Of a stretch of DNA of 64,000 bases, positions 47,460 to 56,855 are shown piece after piece. The translations under genes were made by a program, and so were the position numbers. The notes under the pieces were generated by a model that made no database searches, was not told the origin of the DNA, and saw only the letters and a program-made list of their open reading frames with translations. Location: contig JACKNK010000001.1 in assembly GCA_024234955.1 (NCBI GenBank), forward strand, positions 212,835 through 276,834, read 5' to 3'. Each line of letters opens with the position of its first letter. Positions within the stretch are counted from its first letter, which is position 1. Source of the stretch: Gammaproteobacteria bacterium. Lineage in GTDB: Bacteria; Pseudomonadota; Gammaproteobacteria; JACKNK01.

Positions 47460-47980
47460 AACGGATGCTGTCCAGGGACGGACTCCGAGTAGAAGCGACA
47501 GGATGTCGCGTTCAGGCCGCGTAGCGGGGCGGAACCAAGGAAGGTGAAGGGTAGGCGCGTCCTTGTTTGAAGTCGCGGACTGGGGCGGCTTGAGACAAAT
47601 CCCCATCGAGGTCACCAATGGGAAACTGCTGTCCATGGATGGACGCCTTTCATGCACGGCAGGAAGCCGTGCTTAGGCCGCGAAGCGGGGCGCAGCCAGG
47701 ACGGCGGAGGGTAGGCGCGCGAAGCGCGGTCGAAATTCGCGGTTTTTCCACACGTGAACCGCTTCCAAAAACTACAGGCTTTATATAAAGGTCTGAATAG
47801 GGAGCTACAGGTAGGTACAGGCGGTTCGCTGGAGGCCGCATCTACATTGCCTTTCGGGCCTGTCAGCGGGAGTGATTCTGCGTCAGGGCGGGAGTGATTC
47901 TGCGTAGGACCGGGAGTGATTCTGCGTAGGACCGGGAGTGATTCTGCGTAGGGCCGGGAGCGATTCTGCGCGTACTTCCA
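47460..47980. repeat. Iteron-like repeat region. It has two degenerate ~160-bp direct repeats (47467-47627 and 47628-~47790), an AT-rich core (ttatataaagg) and a DnaA-box-like ttttccaca. Five tandem 22-bp repeats, ccgggagtgattctgcgtagga, span 47867-47976. It is a candidate origin of replication.
   Basis: Repeats were read directly from the sequence. The region is a ~940-bp non-coding gap. Confidence 0.6.
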
Positions 47981-48071
47981 CAGGGTATGCACAGCATATC
48001 CCCAACTACTGAACAAATAGACGCCACCGGCTGCGCCCCGTCGACAGACTGGGTGAGCCGGTTGGCTGAAA

Positions 48072-48851
48072 TTAGAGAAGGCTGGCTTGAGCGCCGAGCT
48101 TTGGCATGTCGTCCCATGTGCGGCCACTCAACAGCCGTCCATTCTTGGACTTGGCTCGCCGCTTACCGTCAGCACCCCAACCACCCCATTGCTTGAAGAA
48201 GAAAAGCACGTGGTCACGGTCGCACTGCCGCTGCACGTTCAAAGCCCATTCCTCATGCATAGGGCGAGCTTTCGGGCCTGATTCACCGCCGACAATCACC
48301 CAATCGATGCCGTTCAGATCGAGCCGGCCGAGATCCTCAAGCAGAGGTTCGACGGACAAGAAGCGGATTGCGGCGTCAACGGTACGAAGGGCATCAATAC
48401 GCGGCAATCCGTGTTTGCGGTTCTCCACGCTGACACCCAGCCAGACGTTCACTGGCGCTTTCCGTGTCGAGAAGTATTCCGCCATCCGCTCTGCGCGTTT
48501 GGTCAGGATCTGATAGGTGTGCTGCGGCGTTTCAGTGATTACCTTGAACACTTGGTCAAGGAATGAGTCTGGGACGTCCTCGTGGAACAGGTCGCTCATC
48601 GAGTTGACGAAGTAAACGGTCGCTTTTTTTCGCTGCCTCGGCTCGTCTAGCCGTTTTGCCAACAGCGTCAGGTTGAAGCCGTTCCCATATCCAGGCGCGC
48701 CCATGGCTTGCAGCCGTCTAGCCATCACTTCGGCGTAACAGTGCTTACAACCAGGAGAAACCTTGGTACAGCCGGTAGTCGGGTTCCAAGTCCTCTCAGT
48801 CCATTCGATTTTTGACTCGGTCCCCATGGGACATCCTCCAGAAGGCCGCAC
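48072..48851 (-). CDS. DUF5131 / phage Gp37-Gp68-family three-Cys-motif protein.
   Basis: It has the N-terminal motif KIEWTERTWNPTTGCTKVSPGCKHCYA (C-x6-C-x2-C). GC is low. Confidence 0.7.
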   Translation of the reverse strand: MRPSGGCPMGTESKIEWTERTWNPTTGCTKVSPGCKHCYAEVMARRLQAMGAPGYGNGFNLTLLAKRLDEPRQRKKATVYFVNSMSDLFHEDVPDSFLDQVFKVITETPQHTYQILTKRAERMAEYFSTRKAPVNVWLGVSVENRKHGLPRIDALRTVDAAIRFLSVEPLLEDLGRLDLNGIDWVIVGGESGPKARPMHEEWALNVQRQCDRDHVLFFFKQWGGWGADGKRRAKSKNGRLLSGRTWDDMPKLGAQASLL

Positions 48852-49111
48852 AACGACTGTACGAATAATCAGTATTATAGTGCTCCTTCACGACCGAAGG
48901 AGCTCATTCACATGCAGATATTGCGGCTGCTCAACCTCAGCCGAAGCAAAACCATGTCTCAAGGTCGCCGCTCTTATAGCCGATCGTAGCTGGCTAACGA
49001 CAGTGCGTACGTTCCACGACTGGTGTTCGCGCAGGGGGCAAGCCTGCACGGTCACGCATACACTTGGCTTTTTTCAGTACGCCGGAACGAGGAGCCGGAA
49101 GGAAACCAAGG

Positions 49112-50269
49112 ATGAAATTACCAGAGCGATACCACCGCCATGAACAGGCCTATGTGAAGCACGAGTTGCTATCCGGCTACCTGGAAGTGCTTCTAATGAT
49201 TATCGGCCAATGGGCGAAGGAAATCGTCTACATCGATTGTTTCGCCGGCCCTTGGTGTGACGATTCCGATGACATCGAGGGAACCTCCATCGCTCGGTCG
49301 ATCGCAATCATGCAGAAGGCTCGAGACAGCCTCGCGTCGGCTGGTAAGTACGTCACCATGCGTGCTTTGTACATTGAGCGTGATGACGATGCCTACACGC
49401 GGTTGCAAAATTACTTGGCAACCAAACGAACGGCTGTTGAAACTCAGTGCCTGAAAGGCGATTTTGTCGAACTCAGAGACCAGATCCTTCAGTGGGCCGG
49501 ATCTCGTGCCTTTGCCTTCTTCTTCGTCGACCCCAAAGGCTATCGCGATGTGGCGCTACCGCATCTACGACCGCTTCTGGAACGACCGCAGAGCGAGTTT
49601 TTGATCAACTTCATGTACTCGTTCGTCAACATGGCCAACTCCGACAAGAACAGGCAAGCATTTTCGAAATACCTTCTGGAGCTGTTCGGAGAAATCCCGG
49701 TGGTTGATGGTCTGTCACCAGTCGAACGCGAGGACCGATTGCTGTCCTTGTACACGGATCGGGTGAAGGATGGTGTGGGTCCAGACGCCAGGGCGACCGC
49801 AGTAAAGGTCTTAGACCCAACCAAGGACCGGACGAAGTATCACCTCGTGTATCTCACGCGCAATCCGCTTGGCATCATCAAGTTCATGGAACAGTCCGAG
49901 CGATGCGCAATCGTCCAGGAGCGTGTGCGCCTCGACGCCAAACTGAGAGCAAAAGAAGAACGTACCGGAACAGGTGATTTATTTGCGGATGACGACGGAG
50001 ACGATTCCGTCTCAACAATGGCTGCAACCGACTTCCAGCAACCGCTCCGAGAACATTGGCTTGGGTGGGTCAGTACGGTTCCCAAAGCGTTCACGAAAGA
50101 AGATTTCGCCTCCATGATCGAGACCACTGGTGCATATCCAAGTCAGATTCAAATGGCATTGGGATCCCTGATCAGTGAAGGTCGAATACAGAATCTCGAT
50201 TCACGCGGTAAGCGAAGAAAGAATTTCGTTCATTTCTCCAAGAACGAACGGCTTGTTCTGTTCCAGTAG
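49112..50269 (+). CDS. tcmP: Three-Cys-motif partner protein TcmP-like. The start is taken at MKLPERYH.
   Basis: It has the motifs HEQAYVKHELLSGYLEVLLMIIG...IDCFAGPW. An SD (aagga) precedes the internal ATG. It is divergent from the DUF5131 gene. Confidence 0.6.
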   Translation: MKLPERYHRHEQAYVKHELLSGYLEVLLMIIGQWAKEIVYIDCFAGPWCDDSDDIEGTSIARSIAIMQKARDSLASAGKYVTMRALYIERDDDAYTRLQNYLATKRTAVETQCLKGDFVELRDQILQWAGSRAFAFFFVDPKGYRDVALPHLRPLLERPQSEFLINFMYSFVNMANSDKNRQAFSKYLLELFGEIPVVDGLSPVEREDRLLSLYTDRVKDGVGPDARATAVKVLDPTKDRTKYHLVYLTRNPLGIIKFMEQSERCAIVQERVRLDAKLRAKEERTGTGDLFADDDGDDSVSTMAATDFQQPLREHWLGWVSTVPKAFTKEDFASMIETTGAYPSQIQMALGSLISEGRIQNLDSRGKRRKNFVHFSKNERLVLFQ

Positions 50270-50401
50270 ACATTAGATGAACCATGTAACATATTGAGTA
50301 CAAAAGAAAATACACAATTGTCTTCTTGACTTTGACTTGGTTGCGGGACTACGGTGATATCAGGAGCCCACCAATAGGGCTTATGGCAGGAGACGACAAT
50401 C

Positions 50402-50638
50402 ATGGATTGGCAGACGATTTTGGTGGATTGGGTGTTGCAAGGCGCGATCGTTATCGGCGTCGTGCGTTTCGTCGTGCTGCCGCTCTATCGCAACGGAGTT
50501 TTTGATCGTATCGGCAATGCGCTACGCAACGCGGATACGAGTGTACCGATCACGGGACACGATGACGGCACTTACGACAGCCTCTCCTTTGAAAAATTTG
50601 ATCGTCTACCTGGTCCAGGAACGATTAGAGAGGATTGA
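50402..50638 (+). CDS. Small membrane protein.
   Basis: 78 aa. An AT-rich promoter region lies upstream and a bidirectional terminator downstream. Confidence 0.4.
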   Translation: MDWQTILVDWVLQGAIVIGVVRFVVLPLYRNGVFDRIGNALRNADTSVPITGHDDGTYDSLSFEKFDRLPGPGTIRED

Positions 50639-50654
50639 GTCCTTGTCCACGCCG

Positions 50655-50692
50655 CTGATCTAATGACTGAGGCCCCTAATAGGGGCCTCAGT
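50655..50692. terminator. Bidirectional rho-independent terminator: perfect hairpin gactgaggcccct-aat-aggggcctcagtc with a T run, between convergent genes.
   Basis: Read from the sequence. Confidence 0.7.
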
Positions 50693-50701
50693 CATTTTGG
50701 C

Positions 50702-52219
50702 CTATGACCCAATGAGCGACGTTCCCTTGCTGCCGGCTTGCTCAGCCAATTGTTGGCCTCCTCGCTCAGTTAGTCGGTTTAGCGCGTCCGTCGTCCTGTG
50801 GCCGGCGATAGCCATCATGTAGCTCCATGCCAGCGGAAAAACGATGTAGAGCGATAGCGTGACCAGGTTGAGCATCATCATCTGGTTGTTCGCTACGTTG
50901 CCGATCCAGTCGTCGACGCTCCATTCATCGTTGAGGCGAGCGATCATTTCGTTGTCGATCCAGTCGGCCAACCGCCACAGAACAGTCCACATACTGATCG
51001 TGAAGTAGGCGAATGAGTAGTTCACAACCGCTTCCCATCCATACCCGGAGAACAGCAAGCCAAAGGGCATCGTCCACACAAGGATGAATAGCAGGAATGC
51101 TTGAATCATCGGGAAAGCAACGATTACTGCGTCCATGGTGAACTCCATGATGGCGTTCATGATCCAGGTTCCGATTACGGTGATTGCACGTTTCCCGGCG
51201 GATGTAAGTAGATCCCAGAGCCCGTCGGTCGCCTTTTCTTGATTAAGGTCCGGTCGTGTTGCAACAGCTCCCGTGTTGTCCAGCAGTGCTCGAACCACAC
51301 TGTCCTCGGCGGCTTCACGGTCAACCAAGGACTGCAACGAGACGCCAAGGCCCCCGAGGATCCCGAGATTGACGCCTTGAGCGTTGGCCTGGGTTAGCAG
51401 CTTCTGCTTCAACCCATGACTGTTGTCGGACCACCATTCGTCACATCGAGGTCGACCGTAATCTGCTGTCACCTGGCCGTTATCGTCGTACCAACTGAAC
51501 GACCAATCACGACGTTCCGTCGTCGCCTGCATACCAGCGCCACATACATTCGGGTTGCTGCATGGCTTGTAGTAGCCGGACGTCTCCAGGAGGACGTGAG
51601 ACCCCATCCAATCGACGTCTTCACCCCATTGGTCGATTGCATCAATGGCTTCGTACTCCGGCCAGGCGCGTCGATCGGCAGGCGCGGCCGCAGGCTTCTC
51701 CTGTTGATACTTGGCCAGCGCCGGCAGATAGCACTGCGAGTAGAACTCGTTGACCTCGGCGCGCAACGCCTGGTCGCGGATATTGATTCCGGAAAGGTTG
51801 TGCAGCACGGCGCGTAAGTCGTCTCCCTCCGGCATCAATGCTTGGCCGGCCGCGACGAAGGCCTCGGAGGTCTTCACGATCAATGCCCACCACATCGGTA
51901 CCTGGACGTGGGTCGGTATATCCCGATTCGAGTTCGACGGGATCGCCTGTCCACTGTTCAAGGTGATCAGTGGCGCCAGGCAGAACAGGATGACGACGAT
52001 CGAGCGGTAGAAGTCGATCTCGATCTGCTGCAACGCCAGCATCGCGCCTGGCTTTATCGGTGAGCTGGCCTTATGGCCTTCCACCCATCCCGAAATGATG
52101 AACACCACGAACGGCAGTAGGTATAGACCGGTTGCGCTGAACAGGTGCCACCAGCCGTTGAATCCATGCCACCCAAAGAGGGCGGTGTAGGCATCAAGGG
52201 CGGAGAGGGATTCGAGCAT
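50702..52219 (-). CDS. TraG N-terminal-domain-like integral membrane conjugation protein.
   Basis: 505 aa with several transmembrane segments at both ends and a large periplasmic loop. Confidence 0.5.
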   Translation of the reverse strand: MLESLSALDAYTALFGWHGFNGWWHLFSATGLYLLPFVVFIISGWVEGHKASSPIKPGAMLALQQIEIDFYRSIVVILFCLAPLITLNSGQAIPSNSNRDIPTHVQVPMWWALIVKTSEAFVAAGQALMPEGDDLRAVLHNLSGINIRDQALRAEVNEFYSQCYLPALAKYQQEKPAAAPADRRAWPEYEAIDAIDQWGEDVDWMGSHVLLETSGYYKPCSNPNVCGAGMQATTERRDWSFSWYDDNGQVTADYGRPRCDEWWSDNSHGLKQKLLTQANAQGVNLGILGGLGVSLQSLVDREAAEDSVVRALLDNTGAVATRPDLNQEKATDGLWDLLTSAGKRAITVIGTWIMNAIMEFTMDAVIVAFPMIQAFLLFILVWTMPFGLLFSGYGWEAVVNYSFAYFTISMWTVLWRLADWIDNEMIARLNDEWSVDDWIGNVANNQMMMLNLVTLSLYIVFPLAWSYMMAIAGHRTTDALNRLTERGGQQLAEQAGSKGTSLIGS

Positions 52220-52331
52220 GGTGTCCTGACTGCGCGATGGAGTAGGACGGCCACGTTACCTTCAGTGTCATCGACCGCGACGGAAAGCCAGCGTCGCGGG
52301 TTGGAGAGATTCGAAGTCTGTTTGGCCTCAG

Positions 52332-52619
52332 CTACTCCAAACGTTGCTCGGCAGTTTTGTACGCCTGTTCGCCCTCGCGTTTACCGATCGCGACCACGAA
52401 CACGACGACGCGCTGCTCTTGTACCTGGTAGACCAACCGATAGCCCAACTGCTTCAATTTGATCTTGTAGCAATCCGGCAGCCCGCGCAGCCGGTTGGCC
52501 TCGATGCGCGGTGCGTCGAGGACGTGCGCGAGCTTTGTTTTGAATTGACGCTGGATGGTTTCGTCGAGCTTCCGCCACTCCTTCAGTGCGCGGCGGTCGA
52601 ATTCCAGTTCAAAGCTCAT
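52332..52619 (-). CDS. relE: RelE/StbE-family type II toxin.
   Basis: It has the motifs IKLKQLGYRLVYQVQEQRVVVFVVAIGKRE. Confidence 0.85.
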   Translation of the reverse strand: MSFELEFDRRALKEWRKLDETIQRQFKTKLAHVLDAPRIEANRLRGLPDCYKIKLKQLGYRLVYQVQEQRVVVFVVAIGKREGEQAYKTAEQRLE

Positions 52620-52848
52620 CGAGCGTTACACGCACGGCGTCCGGGTTCGCCAATCGCTCCTTGACGATCGCGACCAGCTCCGCGTCTTCCTCGGTCAACA
52701 GAACTTGCTTGAACGGCAATTTTCCTTGCTCGGCGACGTATTCCAAGGTTTGGCGTAGGAGATCGGACGGCGTCACGCCGAGCTTCTCCAGCGCGGCGTA
52801 AGAACGTGCTTTCAAGTCATCGTCCACGCGGATGTTGATCGTGCCCAT
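52609..52848 (-). CDS. relB: RelB/DinJ-family antitoxin.
   Basis: MGTINIRVDDDLKARSYAALEKLGVTPSDLLRQ forms an RHH fold. It lies upstream of the toxin gene and overlaps it. Confidence 0.8.
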   Translation of the reverse strand: MGTINIRVDDDLKARSYAALEKLGVTPSDLLRQTLEYVAEQGKLPFKQVLLTEEDAELVAIVKERLANPDAVRVTLDEL

Positions 52849-52921
52849 GTTTGGCGCCCTTGTCGTTACATTCGTAAAGACACTATGGGCTGTCCCACGT
52901 GATCATGCAACCGGCGTGAGC

Positions 52922-53878
52922 TCACGCTTCGTCGCACAAATCCCCGAGCACGTCGCGCGCCACCGCCACCAAATCCGGACGGCGTTTGGCCCGATCTGCC
53001 GGCAATCCGATCAGGTTCTGAAAATAGGCCGGATCGAAGGCGATGACTTTCTCAAACAGGACCGGCGCTTTTTCCAGACCGAGCCCCGTGTCGCTGAAGA
53101 CCCTCATTTTCATAGTTTCGATCAGTCCCTGGTCAGCATCCATCGCCTGTGTATGGTGAATAAAGCAGACGCTCAATTGGAAGAAACGCGTGTGCCCATC
53201 GGCATGAACGCGATTGACGATATGGCCGCGGGCATCGATGTTCGCGTCGGGCACCCCGGCCAGAATCGCCTTGCCGAGATCGGAATCCGCGTCGACGCGC
53301 TGATTGAACAGTGACTGGGCATTGCTCATGTAGGCGAAGATCCATGGCACGTTCGTCAACGTTGCGCCGGTATACAGATAGCCCTGCCAGTAACGATAAG
53401 TCGTCAGCATCTTGCGTAGATGTTGGCGGGAGAAACGAACTCCTGTGTCCTTCTCCAGCAGGTAAACGACACGATCGAACTGCTCGATCAACGTCGTCAG
53501 GATTTTCCGCGCGACACCGTCGAGCCGGGCGCGTCGCGACGCGGGATGATGCGGACGTGGCTGGTAGTAAGGGCAGCAACACGCACGGCGTTCGACATCG
53601 AGATCAGCAAGACCCGGAACCGAGTGGTTCGCATGCCGGGCGTAGGGCCGCGTCACGCCTTTCGGCAACTTGTAGAGGCCGATGATCTGGATCGGGTTGT
53701 CGCAGCCAGGGCAAACGGCGTAGGGGGATTGCTCCTGGGGCGAACCCGATTCGGTTTCCGGATACCAGGGCGGGTTCTTGTGCGTACCCGCCTCGAACTC
53801 TTCCTTCGAGATGGTCTGGAACCCGATATCGCTTTGATGCAGCTTGTAAACGTCCATGTCGTTGCGTGTCCCGCTCAT
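52922..53878 (-). CDS. Cys-rich hypothetical protein (CPGC and CCC motifs).
   Basis: 318 aa. It has no family I recognise. Confidence 0.4.
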   Translation of the reverse strand: MSGTRNDMDVYKLHQSDIGFQTISKEEFEAGTHKNPPWYPETESGSPQEQSPYAVCPGCDNPIQIIGLYKLPKGVTRPYARHANHSVPGLADLDVERRACCCPYYQPRPHHPASRRARLDGVARKILTTLIEQFDRVVYLLEKDTGVRFSRQHLRKMLTTYRYWQGYLYTGATLTNVPWIFAYMSNAQSLFNQRVDADSDLGKAILAGVPDANIDARGHIVNRVHADGHTRFFQLSVCFIHHTQAMDADQGLIETMKMRVFSDTGLGLEKAPVLFEKVIAFDPAYFQNLIGLPADRAKRRPDLVAVARDVLGDLCDEA

Positions 53879-54165
53879 CGTTTCGGTGATGCGACCTTAT
53901 AGCGCCGCACGACATCGAGCCACCAGGGAGACGGGAGGACCGGGACAGCGCCTTCCTCCTGTGCCAAGGCCAAACATTGCAGGATTGTCGACATACCCAC
54001 GGAGAACGTGTGATGGCGATCGCGCAAGGCGAACACCATCTCATCCAGGCACTCCGGACACGGTGGCATCGCGGGCGAACCGGTAAGCCGCGCCTCGTTG
54101 TCCAAGACCTGGGCGTGATCGATGATTTCTTCGGTCTGCTTGTCGCCTGTCGGTGCTCGGTTCAT
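53875..54165 (-). CDS. Hypothetical protein.
   Basis: 96 aa. It overlaps the next gene by 4 nt. Confidence 0.3.
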   Translation of the reverse strand: MNRAPTGDKQTEEIIDHAQVLDNEARLTGSPAMPPCPECLDEMVFALRDRHHTFSVGMSTILQCLALAQEEGAVPVLPSPWWLDVVRRYKVASPKR

Positions 54166-54190
54166 GTGTCATCTCCAGTTCTGGGGTTCA

Positions 54191-54433
54191 TCAATCCGCC
54201 TCGCGCAGATACTCCGGCAAGCCCTTCCGGGCACCGATCGTGCGGATCTTTTCGCGGGCATGTTTCTCCATGTAGTAAATCGCCTGGTGCGAGCATCCGC
54301 AGACGTCGGCAATGTCCCGACAGCTGAGCGTCTGTCCCGGCCTGGCGACCGCGCACAGCACACTCAGCCCCAGGTCGATATCCCGGTGTTTCTCGGGCGA
54401 TGTGGTCGGGTTGCGGCGTAACCGGGTATTCAT
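54191..54433 (-). CDS. Small HTH DNA-binding protein.
   Basis: It has the HTH LSCRDIADVCGCSHQAIYYMEKHAREKI. It overlaps the topB stop. Confidence 0.4.
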   Translation of the reverse strand: MNTRLRRNPTTSPEKHRDIDLGLSVLCAVARPGQTLSCRDIADVCGCSHQAIYYMEKHAREKIRTIGARKGLPEYLREAD

Positions 54434-56604
54434 GCCTTAACCCACTCGAAGTGCTTGCACTCCGGGAACCTGCTGCATCCGAGAAAGGGTGAACCCGGAC
54501 TGTTGCCGCCTTTCGTGGAACGCAGCACCAGCTTGCCGTTACCGCAACTTGGGCATGTCTCACCGGCGCGCCCGGGCGTCGGCGCATCACCACCGCTCGC
54601 GGCGCCAGGCGCCGCGCTGCGCTTCCCAGGCTTGCCCTTCAGATCAGGCAACGTGGTCTTGCAATCCGGATAGTCGGTGCAACCCCAGAAGAACCCCTTA
54701 CTGCTTTTACGCCGCTGCATCGGCTTGCCGCACTCCGGACAGGCGTGTTGCGCCGCCGCCGGCGCGGCCGCGATCGCCACCGCGCCAGCCTGACCGACAA
54801 GCGCCTGCAGTGTCCGCAGCTGCTGATCCATGAACTGATCCAACGTCATCTCGCCACGCTCGATCTGAGCCAGCATTTCCTCCCAGATCGCCGTCGTCGC
54901 CGGGTCGCTGACCGGCGACGGCACCGCGTCAACCAGTGTTCTGCCGTTCGGTGTCGACTTCAGGGCTTTCTTGGCCTTTACCAGCAAGCCGCGTTGCACC
55001 AGATTCGCGATGATCGAAGCGCGTGTCGCCTCGGTGCCGATACCGGACGAATCCCGTAGCCGCTTCTGCAGATCCGGATCATCAACAAACCGCGCTGCGT
55101 TCTTCATGGCAGCGATGAGCGTGCCTTCCGTGAATGGCGCCGGTGGCCGGGTCAGTTTCCGCTCGATCTCCGCATGACCGGGTAATGCCTCGTCGCCGGC
55201 CTGAACCGGCGGCAAGGTCTGCACCTCGCCGGCGACGTCGTCATCGTCGCCCAGCACCACGCGCCACCCAGTGACACGCGGGACACGGCCGGTGACACCG
55301 AAGAACGAAGCGGCGCACTCGATGCGGACCACCGTCTCATCGAACTCGTAATCCGGGTAGAACTGCGCCAGGTAGCGCCGACGAATCATGTCATAGACCG
55401 CCGCTTCATCGGCGGACAGCTTCCCCATATCCACGGTCGCCGCGGTCGGGATGATCGCGTGGTGGGCAGTGACCTTCTTGTCATTCCAGGCCCGTGACCG
55501 GTGCCCGGCGTCCGCGTCGTCGACCAGGTCGACGAGCGCCGCGTCGGACCGCGCCATCGCGGCGAGCACATCCGGTGCATCGCCGAGCTGACTCTCCGGC
55601 AAGTAGGAACAGTCCGAGCGTGGGTAGGTCGTCGCCTTGTGCGTCTCGTACAAGGCCTGCGCGATGCTCAGCACCTGGTCTGCGCCGAGCCCCAGCTTCG
55701 CGTTGCAATACTGCTGCAAGTCGGACAGTGAAAACGGCAAGGGCGGCGGCGTGCGCTTTCGGGAAGTGTCCGCCTGGAAAATCTCGCCGACGGGGCGTGG
55801 CGTCGCCGACAGGGCGGCGACTACTGCCTGGGCCGCCGCTTCGTTGACGCAGCGGTCTTCATCGTCGGTCACCGCCTCTGGAGCGATCCAGCGCGCGGTC
55901 AGCGGTCCGCGCGGCGTGGAGAACTGCACGGCCAGCACCCAATACGGCGCCGGCGTGAAATCCTCGATGGCACGGTCGCGCTCGACGACCAGGCGCAGGG
56001 TAGGGGTCTGAACCCGCCCGACCGGGAAAAGTGCGTCGTGGCCAGCACGCCGCGCGAGCAGGGTGTACAGCCGTGTCAGGTTCATGCCGATCAACCAATC
56101 GGCACGAGCGCGACCAAGGGCAGCTTGATACAGCGATTCCGTCGCAGACCCTGGGCGAATGCTCGCCAAAGCGTTCTTGATGGACGCAGAGTCCAGTGCC
56201 GTCAGCCACAGGCGCGTGACGGGCCCGTGCCAGCGGCATTGATCCAGGAGCTCCCGAGCGATCATCTCACCCTCGCGGTCGGCGTCGGTTGCAATCACGA
56301 CCGACGAAGCCTTGCCGAGCAGCGTCTTGATTACCTTGAACTGACCGCGACCACGTGAGGTCACGCCTAGCTTCCAATCATCAGGAGCGATCGGGAGATC
56401 TCCCAGCTCCCATCGCTTGTATCGCTCGTCGTAGGCGTCGGGCGTCTGCATCTCCAGCAAGTGCCCGAGCGCCCAGGTCACCATCTGGTCGCCGCCATCG
56501 ATGTAGCCATCTCCCCGTCGCGTGAAACCCAGCACCTGGGCGAGGTCTCGTGCTTGGGACGGCTTTTCGCAGATGTAGATGCGTGTCATGAGAGTTCTTC
56601 CCAC
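54430..56604 (-). CDS. topB: DNA topoisomerase III (TopB-like) with C-terminal zinc ribbons.
   Basis: It has a TOPRIM N-terminus (MTRIYICEKPSQARDLAQVLG...DADREGE), the catalytic Tyr region, and C-terminal CPECGK/CPSCGNG motifs. Confidence 0.9.
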   Translation of the reverse strand: MGRTLMTRIYICEKPSQARDLAQVLGFTRRGDGYIDGGDQMVTWALGHLLEMQTPDAYDERYKRWELGDLPIAPDDWKLGVTSRGRGQFKVIKTLLGKASSVVIATDADREGEMIARELLDQCRWHGPVTRLWLTALDSASIKNALASIRPGSATESLYQAALGRARADWLIGMNLTRLYTLLARRAGHDALFPVGRVQTPTLRLVVERDRAIEDFTPAPYWVLAVQFSTPRGPLTARWIAPEAVTDDEDRCVNEAAAQAVVAALSATPRPVGEIFQADTSRKRTPPPLPFSLSDLQQYCNAKLGLGADQVLSIAQALYETHKATTYPRSDCSYLPESQLGDAPDVLAAMARSDAALVDLVDDADAGHRSRAWNDKKVTAHHAIIPTAATVDMGKLSADEAAVYDMIRRRYLAQFYPDYEFDETVVRIECAASFFGVTGRVPRVTGWRVVLGDDDDVAGEVQTLPPVQAGDEALPGHAEIERKLTRPPAPFTEGTLIAAMKNAARFVDDPDLQKRLRDSSGIGTEATRASIIANLVQRGLLVKAKKALKSTPNGRTLVDAVPSPVSDPATTAIWEEMLAQIERGEMTLDQFMDQQLRTLQALVGQAGAVAIAAAPAAAQHACPECGKPMQRRKSSKGFFWGCTDYPDCKTTLPDLKGKPGKRSAAPGAASGGDAPTPGRAGETCPSCGNGKLVLRSTKGGNSPGSPFLGCSRFPECKHFEWVKA

Positions 56605-56825
56605 GGATCAATTCCAATGGCAGATCTGAAGGTCTGCCGTAGGCGATCAGGCGCACTCCGGTCGCCGGACAGCGCCATGTAGACGAGAGAGCGAGCGCAG
56701 TTGGCGCGCTCTGCGATGTCCTTGATTTCCACCGATTCGAGACGTGCCAGTAGCTGGACTGACAACGTGAGTGGGACACCGTGTTTTGTGAGATCTCGGA
56801 AGATTGCCTCGTTCCGCGTAGACAC
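56586..56825 (-). CDS. Small HTH DNA-binding regulator.
   Basis: 79 aa with the HTH KDIAERANCARSLVYMALSG. Confidence 0.4.
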   Translation of the reverse strand: MSTRNEAIFRDLTKHGVPLTLSVQLLARLESVEIKDIAERANCARSLVYMALSGDRSAPDRLRQTFRSAIGIDPWEELS

Positions 56826-56855
56826 AGTTCACCTACTTGTCTTAGTTTGTCGGCC

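Noticed and set aside
47867-47976. Tandem 22-bp repeats as a possible CRISPR array.
   Set aside because: The repeats are directly adjacent with no spacers, only 5 copies, and no cas genes. They are iteron-like, not CRISPR.
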